Positions 17,315 through 25,540 of a stretch of DNA of 30,264 bases are shown here, piece after piece. This stretch comes from a bacterium (GTDB lineage Bacteria > Patescibacteriota > Patescibacteriia > S139-126 > S139-133): the NCBI GenBank assembly GCA_030429785.1, contig JAUIEQ010000001.1, positions 1 to 30,264 on the forward strand, read 5' to 3'. The notes beneath the pieces were generated by a model, which saw only the letters and a program-made list of their open reading frames with translations, searched no databases and had not been told where the DNA came from. The position numbers were made by a program, and so were the translations under genes. Numbering within the stretch: the first letter of the stretch is position 1; every line of letters begins with the position of its first letter.

Positions 17315-18166
17315 CTATTCGTAAAGTTTTTGCGCAGTTAAGTATCTAGTATGATTGTGTAGATCAGGAAGTTGCGATATAGAAATTGTAGGAAAGATTG
17401 TCTGCACTGTCTTGGCTAGTGGCTCGTATTGAGGTGGATCAATTTCGCAAAAAAGATGTATTTGGGCAGTTGGTATTGATTGGCTAAGCTGCATTACTAG
17501 TTCAGCGTATAAAGCGCGTCCTTCTTGTGTTGCGTATAAAGCAAGGCTAGGTTCGTGTCGTAGTGTATGCTTGATATCCTGATCATCAAGATAGGGAAGA
17601 TTGGCAATAATGATCAGGTGCTCAGGCAGTGTTGTGAGATGTGCTTTGATTGGTTCCCATAAGTGACCGTGTAGTACTGTTATGTTGTGAATATTGTGGC
17701 GGTGAATATTTTTTCGCGTAACTGCTAGTGCATTTTTTGAAATGTCACTTGCAATGACCTGTGTATCAGGAAATAGCCGTGCAAGACTAATAGCAACACA
17801 ACCAGAACCTGTTCCAATGTCAACGATAGTTGTGCTTGGTGTTATTGTGCATGTAGTGCGAATATGATCAATGATAATTTCGGTTTCTGGTCGTGGGATA
17901 AGTACACGTTCATCTACATACAAATCAAGTTCATAAAATGATTTGGTATTTGTGATGTAGGCAACTGGATAGTCGTCAGCTCGTTTGTGTATGTATTGTT
18001 TGTATTGTTGAGTTTGTTTAGCTGTTAAGGTGTGTTCAGGGTGTGTATATAAAAACGCTTTATTTTTCTGCATAACAAACGATAGCAACACCTCACTATC
18101 AAGGTGAGGTGAGTCAGAGTTTTTGAGATGATTGTGCCCGTACCGTAATGCTTGTTTGATTGTCAT
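17315..18166 (-). CDS. prmC: Release factor glutamine N5-methyltransferase (HemK/PrmC)
   Basis: VLIPRPETE, VDIGTGSGCVAISLA, NLPY (NPPY equivalent) and HEPSLALY; near prfA. Confidence 0.95.
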   Translation of the reverse strand: MTIKQALRYGHNHLKNSDSPHLDSEVLLSFVMQKNKAFLYTHPEHTLTAKQTQQYKQYIHKRADDYPVAYITNTKSFYELDLYVDERVLIPRPETEIIIDHIRTTCTITPSTTIVDIGTGSGCVAISLARLFPDTQVIASDISKNALAVTRKNIHRHNIHNITVLHGHLWEPIKAHLTTLPEHLIIIANLPYLDDQDIKHTLRHEPSLALYATQEGRALYAELVMQLSQSIPTAQIHLFCEIDPPQYEPLAKTVQTIFPTISISQLPDLHNHTRYLTAQKLYE

Positions 18167-18176
18167 ATGCTGTATT

Positions 18177-18737
18177 TTATTTTGCTAGCTTAAGATATGA
18201 TTTCAAAGTTGTGTAGTATGGTTCTAGCTCTTGCTTGCAAATTTCCAACGAGATGATGGCATTTTTTTCTTCTAATTTTTTTTCAGCAATTTGTAGGCAA
18301 TCTGCAAAATTTGAGTTGCGTGCACCAAGCACATTTAGAAATCTAAAAAAACCTTTTGGGTGAATAAATCTATAGCAGTCAGCATTAGCACAAATCTCAG
18401 CTTCCAAACAGGTGTAGGGCACGTCTCCGTGATGCGCTTCAATACAGTTAAGTATTTTTGCTTGGTCATCAGGACTCAAATTTGAATCGGCAAGAATTGT
18501 CTTGGCCGCGTTAGCGCTCATTACAACATGTTCTGGTAATTTGTTTTGTTGAAATGCCTCACCTAATTTAAGGTCCATAAAGTAAGAGCCTATTTTTACA
18601 ATTGTAATGTCAGCATTTAATTTGTGAGCTAGTTCAATTGCTTTTTGTTCTGACAATTCAAAGTGAATCAAATCAGGAAGTTTGTTTTTGGTAATTTCTG
18701 CTACTGCTAATTCGCGATAATGTTGTATTAGGTCCAT
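18177..18737 (-). CDS. HD-domain-like protein with degenerate HD motif
   Basis: H...A.ELA.KLNAD..IV......MD, IEAHHG and EAEICANADC spacing typical of the HD superfamily. Confidence 0.6.
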   Translation of the reverse strand: MDLIQHYRELAVAEITKNKLPDLIHFELSEQKAIELAHKLNADITIVKIGSYFMDLKLGEAFQQNKLPEHVVMSANAAKTILADSNLSPDDQAKILNCIEAHHGDVPYTCLEAEICANADCYRFIHPKGFFRFLNVLGARNSNFADCLQIAEKKLEEKNAIISLEICKQELEPYYTTLKSYLKLAK

Positions 18738-18829
18738 ATAGTTATATTATTTACTTTAAAAAGTAAATCTAATTTTATTATAATATTTATTTTTTAAATT
18801 ATTTATATGATACTTTTTTAAAAAAACTT

Positions 18830-19240
18830 TTTTCTGTTACTTTTTACAAAAGTAACCAAAATCGCGGTTGCAGCTACCAAGCCCCTTAGGTAATCGGATT
18901 CGTTTCCGTTATCAGTGCCAAACTCGCTCGTCCTTACCAGGACGGCTCAAACATGGCACTGAATAGCCACTCCAACTCATCTCGTTACCTATAGTCGCTT
19001 GTCCGCATGCCCGCACCAGCCCTTCGGCAAGCTCAGGGTGACATTTTGTATCCCAGCCTTTATGAAACGATCCGATTCTTAGAGATGAAATGAACGGCTA
19101 CAATTTCCCTAAGCTGATAAGCGCATTGGAAATTGTAGTGAATGAGTCTATAAGAAACGAGTGAGCGGAATCTGGCTGTCAGTTTTTGGATACTTTTTGC
19201 TGACCAAAAAGTATCGTAAAGAAGTTTGTTTCTTTACAAA
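18830..19240. repeat. Hairpin-dense REP/MITE-like intergenic element with inverted terminal TTTTGG(T/A)TACTTTT..AAAAGTA motifs
   Basis: Stems at 18837-18855, 18912-18962 (nested 18929-18944), 19098-19138, 19189-19215 and 19216-19237; long-range pairing 18892-18906 with 19064-19077; CCCTTCGGCAAGCTCAGGGTGAC at about 19020-19042. Confidence 0.65.
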
Positions 19241-19252
19241 AGAAAATGAAAA

Positions 19253-20314
19253 TTAACTTTTCTTACGCAACTCTTTGTCAGCTGTTTTCAAAGCTTCAAC
19301 AATATCCTCAATATCGCCGTCGAGGATGTTTGATAAGTTGTGCCAATTGTGTTTGATGCGATGATCAGTTACTCGATCCTGAGGGAAGTTGTAGGTGCGG
19401 ATTTTTTCTGATCGATCGCCTGAGCCAATTTGATCTTTTCGTTCAGCACTGCGCTTTGCATCAAGTTCGGCTTGTTTGTGAGCAAGTACGCGTGCTGCCA
19501 TTACTTGCATTGCTTTTTTGCGGTTTTGGATTTGAGATTTTTCATCCTGACATTTTACCACAATTCCAGTTGGAATATGTGTCATGCGAATCGCAGAGTA
19601 GGTAGTGTTGACTGACTGTCCGCCATTGCCGGTTGAGGTTGAGGTTTCGATTTTGAGATCATTAGGGTCAATCTCCGCATCCACTTCATCAACTTCTGGC
19701 ATGATTGCAACTGTTGCGGCTGACGTATGCACGCGTCCTGATTTTTCTGTTTCTGGAATCCGTTGTACGCGGTGGGTGCCTGATTCGAATTTGAGATTTG
19801 AATACACGTTCTCGCCATGAATTTCAAAAATAACTTCCTTAAAACCACCAACGCCAATTTGGTTTTGCGAAACCAACACAGTCTTCCATCCCATACGCTC
19901 AGCAAATCGTGAGTACATGCGGAATAAATCTCCGGCAAATAGAGCTGCTTCATCACCTCCAGTACCGGCACGGATTTCCACAATAATATCTTTTTCGTCC
20001 ATTGGATCGCCTGGATTTTCCATATCATCAATTGTCGCAAGAAGTGTTTCGTGCTGCGCGCTTAGTTGCTCAAGTTCGCTTTGAGCAAGTTCAGCAAGTT
20101 CGGGATCATCTGATGACTTGGCATTTTCTGCTTCAGCGATGGCCTGTTCAATGCTTTGTAGTTTTTCGTACGATTCAAAAAGGTTTTTGCATTTGTTATA
20201 TGCTTTACCAAGACGGCCCAAAGCTTTTGGATCTTGTTCAGAACCAAGTTTGGTTTCAAGTTCAGCGATTTGATCGTTAAGGGCTTGTATTTTATTGTGA
20301 TGTGTCAGTGACAT
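19253..20314 (-). CDS. prfA: Peptide chain release factor 1
   Basis: [24 protein letters not shown] (PxT, RF1-type), GGQ and [15 protein letters not shown]. Confidence 0.97.
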   Translation of the reverse strand: MSLTHHNKIQALNDQIAELETKLGSEQDPKALGRLGKAYNKCKNLFESYEKLQSIEQAIAEAENAKSSDDPELAELAQSELEQLSAQHETLLATIDDMENPGDPMDEKDIIVEIRAGTGGDEAALFAGDLFRMYSRFAERMGWKTVLVSQNQIGVGGFKEVIFEIHGENVYSNLKFESGTHRVQRIPETEKSGRVHTSAATVAIMPEVDEVDAEIDPNDLKIETSTSTGNGGQSVNTTYSAIRMTHIPTGIVVKCQDEKSQIQNRKKAMQVMAARVLAHKQAELDAKRSAERKDQIGSGDRSEKIRTYNFPQDRVTDHRIKHNWHNLSNILDGDIEDIVEALKTADKELRKKS

Positions 20315-20330
20315 ATATTTGTATCATAAC

Positions 20331-20367
20331 AAAAACCCCGCAGACTGACGAATAGTATGCCGGGTTC
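20331..20367 (-). terminator. Terminator after rpmE
   Basis: Minus strand AACCCGGCAT...CTGCGGGG-TTTTT imperfect hairpin. Confidence 0.55.
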
Positions 20368-20379
20368 TTGTGAGTTGTG

Positions 20380-20673
20380 TTACGCTGCTTCTTGTTCTTC
20401 TTTTAGAGCTCTGTCTGCGACTTGTTTGTCGCGTTTTGCTTTTTTGCCTTTTCGTTTTTGAGCAACAGTTTCTTGCTTGGCAGTCAGTTTTTTGAAACGA
20501 TCAACACGACCAGCTGTATCAACTACCTTGCTTTTGCCAGTATAAAAAGGGTGGCATGCATGGCAAATTTCAACGTTGATTTCTTCGTTGGTAGAACCTG
20601 AGACAAAGCTGTTTCCACAGGCACATGTTACCGTTACCTGAGCGTTGTATGTTGGGTGGATTGCAGTTTTCAT
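20380..20673 (-). CDS. rpmE: 50S ribosomal protein L31 (Zn-binding C+ type)
   Basis: [23 protein letters not shown] and [10 protein letters not shown]. Confidence 0.97.
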   Translation of the reverse strand: MKTAIHPTYNAQVTVTCACGNSFVSGSTNEEINVEICHACHPFYTGKSKVVDTAGRVDRFKKLTAKQETVAQKRKGKKAKRDKQVADRALKEEQEAA

Positions 20674-20792
20674 AGCTTTTTAGAAGACTATCAATAAATA
20701 TAAACAGTACGGCTATTTTAGCATAGAATAAGTTCTTTGGCAAGGCTTATGTGTGGAGATTAAAAAGTGAAAGGTGTTGCTGAATTGCAAAC

Positions 20793-20816
20793 AAAAACAC
20801 CGATATATATCGGTGT
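20793..20816 (-). terminator. Terminator after ORF 20824-21579
   Basis: Perfect palindrome ACACCGATAT/ATATCGGTGT (20797-20816) followed by T run on the minus strand. Confidence 0.65.
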
Positions 20817-20823
20817 GGTATCT

Positions 20824-21579
20824 TTATTCTAGATCAAGATCGCATCGCCAGCGCTGATCAGTAGCTACATAGTAGGCTTTGCCTGGCTGGTTGAAAAAAA
20901 TTCTTGACATAGCTTCTTTGTTGTTTTGTCCGTTAAGTGTTGCGCTGAATAGTACTTCAGTGCTGACGCTTATCGGCCAATATTCCTGAGCCGCATTTTT
21001 TATTTTTTCACCATAGGTGATATGTTTAATGTGGATTTGATTCACCACTATATCTGTATAGTGAGAGCGTTTTTTAAGAAAAATAGGAAATTGTTCCGCG
21101 AAGGATTCTTGGAGCAATAGTGCGGTTTCTGAATCCAGTAGGGGAAATGAGCGGTTGGATGCAAGCGGGGTGAGGAGTAGGGATTGGGTATTCCAGTCGA
21201 TTTTTAAGCGTACACTACTGTAATTTGACAGTAGGTTCGATTCAATCATGTGTAGTGCCCATCGATAGTGTGTCGTGTCTTTTGATGCTTCGTATAATCG
21301 TTCAACCAACATAAGGCATGGTGTGTTTCCTGAAGGACCGCTATGGATAGGGAAGATTACTGTTCGGGCAAATGGATACGGGTTGCTGAGTAAAGTTCCG
21401 GGCTCAACTTGGAGACTTGGGTCGAGTATGACCGGTCTTATGATGGCATTTTGAGAAACTGTGACATGGTCTTTGATCTCGCCTGCTAGTACAGTTATTT
21501 TTTGCTGATGCTCATGCTCACAACTCAAACTACAAAACGCGCATATCAGCATTATTGCACACAATACGAACCGATTCAT
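20824..21579 (-). CDS. Hypothetical exported protein with lipoprotein-like signal
   Basis: AAAGGAG SD; MNRFVLCAIMLICAFCSLS-C signal or lipobox-like N-terminus. Confidence 0.6.
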   Translation of the reverse strand: MNRFVLCAIMLICAFCSLSCEHEHQQKITVLAGEIKDHVTVSQNAIIRPVILDPSLQVEPGTLLSNPYPFARTVIFPIHSGPSGNTPCLMLVERLYEASKDTTHYRWALHMIESNLLSNYSSVRLKIDWNTQSLLLTPLASNRSFPLLDSETALLLQESFAEQFPIFLKKRSHYTDIVVNQIHIKHITYGEKIKNAAQEYWPISVSTEVLFSATLNGQNNKEAMSRIFFNQPGKAYYVATDQRWRCDLDLE

Positions 21580-21703
21580 GGATTGCTCCTTTGCTTGGTT
21601 TGTTTAAGAAGGTGTTTCGATTGTTAAAGATGTTAGTGCATTAAACACCAAAATCATTTTTTTGTCAAGCAGTGTAGAGCAGTAATCCGTTGATATAATC
21701 GAC

Positions 21704-21732
21704 TTGTCAAAAAACGCTTTTTGTAGTACACT
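21704..21732 (+). promoter_or_regulatory. sigma70 promoter for rpsB-tsf
   Basis: TTGTCA, 17 nt spacer, TACACT. Confidence 0.6.
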
Positions 21733-21789
21733 GTGATTGAATAAATGATTGCTCAAAATTTGAGTGGTCTTTATTTTACATCTAAATAA

Positions 21790-21900
21790 CTAATCACACA
21801 TACTTCTGATAGTTGGATCTGCGGCCTGTCCGCTTTTGAGTGGATGCAGATTCAGTAAGAAGTAGCGGTTTCTGACAGCTGTCAGAAAAGAAAGGATAAT
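21790..21900 (+). promoter_or_regulatory. Structured rpsB 5' leader (probable S2 autoregulatory, t44-like RNA)
   Basis: ATCACACA, then long stem TACTTCT...GATCTGC..TCCGCT-tttg-AGTGGA-TGCAGATTC...AGAAGTA, then a 20-bp palindrome; located upstream of rpsB. Confidence 0.6.
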
Positions 21901-21905
21901 ACTAT

Positions 21906-22730
21906 ATGAGTAAACAATTGGTTCCAGAACTTCTGGATATGATGAAGGCTGGTGTTCATTTTGGTCATGCTACATCGCGTTGGCATCCAAAAATGGATCA
22001 GTATATTTTTGCTGTGCGACAAGGGATTCATATTATTGATCTTGAGTTGACTGCAAAAAAAATGGAACTTGCACTTGATTTTATTCAAAAGCAAGCAGCA
22101 AGAGGTAAGCAAGTTTTGTGGGTAGCGACGAAGAAACAAGCATTTGATTTGGTGAAGCAATATGCAGAACAGTCGCACAGTCCATATGTTAATCAAAAAT
22201 GGCTTGGCGGTACGTTTACGAATTTTGACGCAATTCAAGGCTTGATTAAGAAAATGGAGAAGCTTGAAAAACAAAAAAAAGACGGTGTGCTTGAGCGATA
22301 CACCAAAAAAGAACAGTTGGAATTCCAACGCGAGATCGAACGTCTTGAGTACATGGTTGGTGGTATCCGTACTATGAAAAGTCTTCCAGGGGCTGTCTTT
22401 ATGATTGATCCAAAAGAAGACAAAACCGCACGACTTGAAGCAACCAAGCGTGGTGTTCCGGTTGTATCTGTTGTAGACACTAATATCAATCCAGATTTGA
22501 TTGATTATCCAATTCCAGGTAATGATGATGCGCTTCGTTCTATTGAGCTCTTCTGTCAGTGTGCTGCTGAAGCAATCAAGCAAGGGCAGGCTGAGTACGA
22601 GCAAAACAAAGCACAAATGGAAAAACAAGCTGCAGGCGCAACTGTTGCAAAAGAAAAAGCAGCAAAAAAGTCTGAGTCAAAAAAATCAGCTGACAAAAAA
22701 CCAGCAGATTCAAAACAATCAGACAAATAA
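21906..22730 (+). CDS. rpsB: 30S ribosomal protein S2
   Basis: MMKAGVHFGH..SRWHPKM, VNQKWLGGTFTNF and IDYPIPGNDDALRSI. Confidence 0.98.
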   Translation: MSKQLVPELLDMMKAGVHFGHATSRWHPKMDQYIFAVRQGIHIIDLELTAKKMELALDFIQKQAARGKQVLWVATKKQAFDLVKQYAEQSHSPYVNQKWLGGTFTNFDAIQGLIKKMEKLEKQKKDGVLERYTKKEQLEFQREIERLEYMVGGIRTMKSLPGAVFMIDPKEDKTARLEATKRGVPVVSVVDTNINPDLIDYPIPGNDDALRSIELFCQCAAEAIKQGQAEYEQNKAQMEKQAAGATVAKEKAAKKSESKKSADKKPADSKQSDK

Positions 22731-22756
22731 TCTAATCAACCTAACTTATATATTTT

Positions 22757-23344
22757 ATGAGTATTACAGCCCAAGCAGTTAAAGAGTTGCGCGCAGCAAC
22801 TGGCGCCGGCATGATGGATGCCAAAGAAGCTTTGCAAGAAGCAGATGGTGATGTAGAAAAAGCAGTTGAGTTGCTTCGCAAAAAAGGTCAAAAGATTGCA
22901 GCCAAAAAAGCTGATCGAGCAACAGGCGAAGGTGTGGTTGGAATGTACTTGCACTCAAATGGCAAAATCGCTGCAATGGTCAAAGTAACGTGCGAAACTG
23001 ATTTTGTAGCTCGAACTGATGATTTCAAACAATTTGCCAATGACTTAGCGATGCAAGCAGCGGCTATGAACCCAGAGTATTTGAATCCTGAAGCAGTTCC
23101 AGAAGACGTGAAGAATAAAGAACGAGAAATTTACAAAGAAGAAATGAAAGATTCAGGAAAGCCGGCAGATGTGGTTGATAAAATTGTTGAAGGCAAGCTT
23201 GAGAAATTCTACACACAAGTATGCTTGATGAAGCAACCGTTTATCAAAGATGATAAGCTTTCTATTGAAAAGCACTTGACCGAGACAATTGCTCAGCTTG
23301 GTGAAAATATCCAAGTCACTGAATTTATTCGGTATAGCTTATAA
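22757..23344 (+). CDS. tsf: Elongation factor Ts (short form)
   Basis: VKELRAATGAGMMDAKEAL, CETDFVAR, IVEGKLEKFY and LGENI; follows rpsB. Confidence 0.97.
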   Translation: MSITAQAVKELRAATGAGMMDAKEALQEADGDVEKAVELLRKKGQKIAAKKADRATGEGVVGMYLHSNGKIAAMVKVTCETDFVARTDDFKQFANDLAMQAAAMNPEYLNPEAVPEDVKNKEREIYKEEMKDSGKPADVVDKIVEGKLEKFYTQVCLMKQPFIKDDKLSIEKHLTETIAQLGENIQVTEFIRYSL

Positions 23345-23348
23345 GTTT

Positions 23349-23377
23349 AAAAAACTCCGATGCTTCGGAGTTTTTTT
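23349..23377 (+). terminator. Intrinsic terminator after tsf
   Basis: AAAAAACTCCGA-tgct-TCGGAGTTTTTTT. Confidence 0.85.
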
Positions 23378-23402
23378 GTGCAACAAGAATAGCTAGTAAT
23401 AT

Positions 23403-23672
23403 ATGCTCAAAAAAGCAGTTAGCCATTTTTTCAATTTTCACAAAGGAGCAGTTAACATTGCTTTGCATGTGGTTGGTTTTTTATTGCTTATATACAGTTT
23501 GGTTGTGTCGAATCGTTTGCTGTTCGGAACTTCGTTAATTGTTATTGAGCTAGGTCATGTATACAATCACTACATGGGTATTGAAGCATATGATACGCGA
23601 CCAAAGATTATTTTTTGGCGTGTCAGTATTTTTTGTGCTCTTGTTGTTTTGTTTTATTATTTTATTAGGTAA
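23403..23672 (+). CDS. Small membrane protein, DUF962/Mpo1-like
   Basis: H...N..LHVVG and GH..H His pattern between TM helices. Confidence 0.55.
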   Translation: MLKKAVSHFFNFHKGAVNIALHVVGFLLLIYSLVVSNRLLFGTSLIVIELGHVYNHYMGIEAYDTRPKIIFWRVSIFCALVVLFYYFIR

Positions 23673-23678
23673 TAGTTT

Positions 23679-24383
23679 ATGCCAAAAAAAGTGTTACTCA
23701 AATTATCAGGTGAGTTTTTTCAACACGATACAAATGCTATTGCGACTGAATCACTCAAAGCCGTTGCAAAAAACATTTTGACCTTACAACAAGCCGGCAT
23801 GCGTGTAGCGGTTGTGGTTGGAGCTGGTAATTTGGTGCGAGGTCGTCATTTTGTTGCTGATGGGTATGATATGCCAACAGTGCATTATGCCGGAATGTTG
23901 AGTGCTGTTGTTAATGGCGTGATGCTCAAGGCAGCGCTTGAGCAACAAGGTGCGTCAGCGCGCGTAGTATCGACATTTGATATTCCACAAGTTACTGAAC
24001 CGCACAATCCAAGTAAGAACAAGAACGCATACGAAGCAGGGGAGGTGCTGATTGCGGGCGGTAGTGGTCGTCCATTTGTGACCACTGACACTGGCGCAGT
24101 GTTGTTTGCGCTTGAGCTTGGGGCTGATGTGCTGCTCAAGGCAACGCATGTTGATGGTGTGTATGATAGTGATCCACGCACAAATGCTTCAGCTCAGAAA
24201 TATACGAGCATTACTTATCGACAAGCACTTGCTGAAAATCTTCAGGTTATGGACGGCGCAGCTTTGGCGCTTGCGCAAGAACATGGTCTTGAGATGGTGG
24301 TGTGTCGATGGGAGCAGGCAGCACTTGCTCAGTTTGCAGCAGGCGAGGCTGTTGGTACCCGTGTCTACACTGAAAATAAATAG
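23679..24383 (+). CDS. pyrH: Uridylate kinase
   Basis: VLLKLSGE, VVVGAGNLVRG, PFVTTDTGA, LLKATHVDGVYDSDP and VMDGAA. Confidence 0.93.
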   Translation: MPKKVLLKLSGEFFQHDTNAIATESLKAVAKNILTLQQAGMRVAVVVGAGNLVRGRHFVADGYDMPTVHYAGMLSAVVNGVMLKAALEQQGASARVVSTFDIPQVTEPHNPSKNKNAYEAGEVLIAGGSGRPFVTTDTGAVLFALELGADVLLKATHVDGVYDSDPRTNASAQKYTSITYRQALAENLQVMDGAALALAQEHGLEMVVCRWEQAALAQFAAGEAVGTRVYTENK

Positions 24384-24409
24384 GCAAGATACTTACTTTG
24401 TGCTATTAT
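24381..24409 (+). promoter_or_regulatory. Probable promoter for gap and possibly the downstream cassette
   Basis: TAGGCA, 17 nt spacer, TATTAT, with extended -10 TG at 24401-24402. Confidence 0.5.
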
Positions 24410-24434
24410 AAAGTACTGATTAGTTTAGTTTTTT

Positions 24435-25529
24435 ATGAGTAAAAAAATTCGAGTAGCAATTAATGGTTTTGGTCGAATCGGGCGTGCAAGTTTCCGGATT
24501 TTGATGGAGCGTGATGATGTTGAGGTTGTTGCGATCAATGGTTTGTCTGATGTGAAAGTGTATGCGCATTTATTGAAATACGACTCAGCATATGGCGTGT
24601 ATGAGCGAGATGTGAAGGCTGAAGAAGCGGGTGCAATCACAGCTCATGCTGGTGAGATGTCTCAGGAGCAAACACTAGCTGGCGATCACGGAGATCCGGA
24701 TTACTTGATTATTGATGATATGCATCGTGTGCGGTCTTTGGCTATTAAGGATCCAGCAGAACTTCCTTGGAAGGATTTGCAAATTGACGTCGTGCTTGAA
24801 TGTACGGGTGTGTTTGTCAAAGATGGTGCTGCTTATGCACATATCAAAGCAGGCGCGCGACGAGTGGTGATTTCAGCACCAGCCAAAGGCGAGGGTGATG
24901 TGATGACCTTTTTGCGTGGAGTCAATGACGATCAGTATGACGGGCAAGAGGTTATTTCAAATGCTTCATGTACCACCAATTGTGTATCACCAGTAGCGCG
25001 TGTGATGCAAGAACAGTTTGGTATTATCAAAGCATCATTGACCACTATTCATGCAGTGACTGCAAATCAAAGTTTGGTCGATAGTACACCACCGAAACGC
25101 CATGCTGACTTGCGACGGGGAAGAGCGGCTATGATCAATATCGTTCCAACTACCACTGGTGCTGCTCAGGCAACTGCACAAGTGATGCCTGAACTGGATA
25201 ACAAATTTGACGGTATTGCTGTTCGTGTTCCGGTGATTACTGGTTCATTGTCTGATTTTACATTTTTGGTTGGCAAGCAAGTGACGGTTGATGAAGTGAA
25301 TGCTGCATTTGACGCAGCAAAAAATGAAGCGCAGTTCAAAGGTGTGCTTGATGCAGTTCATGAACCGTTAGTATCAACTGACATTATCAAAAGTCCCTAC
25401 TCAGCAATTGTTGATCTCAGTATGACAAAAGTGATCGACGGCGATATGGTAAAAGTTATCGCCTGGTATGATAACGAGTGGGGCTACTCTAATAGATTAG
25501 TAGAAATGGCTGTTCAAGCGGCCGATTAA
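24435..25529 (+). CDS. gap: Type I glyceraldehyde-3-phosphate dehydrogenase
   Basis: INGFGRIGR, VLECTGVF, SNASCTTNC, IVPTTTGAA and WYDNEWGYSNR. Confidence 0.98.
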   Translation: MSKKIRVAINGFGRIGRASFRILMERDDVEVVAINGLSDVKVYAHLLKYDSAYGVYERDVKAEEAGAITAHAGEMSQEQTLAGDHGDPDYLIIDDMHRVRSLAIKDPAELPWKDLQIDVVLECTGVFVKDGAAYAHIKAGARRVVISAPAKGEGDVMTFLRGVNDDQYDGQEVISNASCTTNCVSPVARVMQEQFGIIKASLTTIHAVTANQSLVDSTPPKRHADLRRGRAAMINIVPTTTGAAQATAQVMPELDNKFDGIAVRVPVITGSLSDFTFLVGKQVTVDEVNAAFDAAKNEAQFKGVLDAVHEPLVSTDIIKSPYSAIVDLSMTKVIDGDMVKVIAWYDNEWGYSNRLVEMAVQAAD

Positions 25530-25540
25530 AGCATAAACCT

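Noticed and set aside
17315-18166. NLPY instead of NPPY in PrmC as a sign of inactivation
   Set aside because: To my knowledge a common variant in CPR PrmC; the SAM motif and context are intact.
18830-19240. RNase P RNA, tmRNA, SRP, tRNA or CRISPR array
   Set aside because: No GAGGAAAGUCC or other hallmark, no cloverleaf, and no regularly spaced direct repeats on either strand.
21882-22628. 248-aa ORF antisense to rpsB
   Set aside because: Shadow frame of a conserved gene, Phe/Leu-rich because of the Lys/Glu codons opposite; no independent signals.
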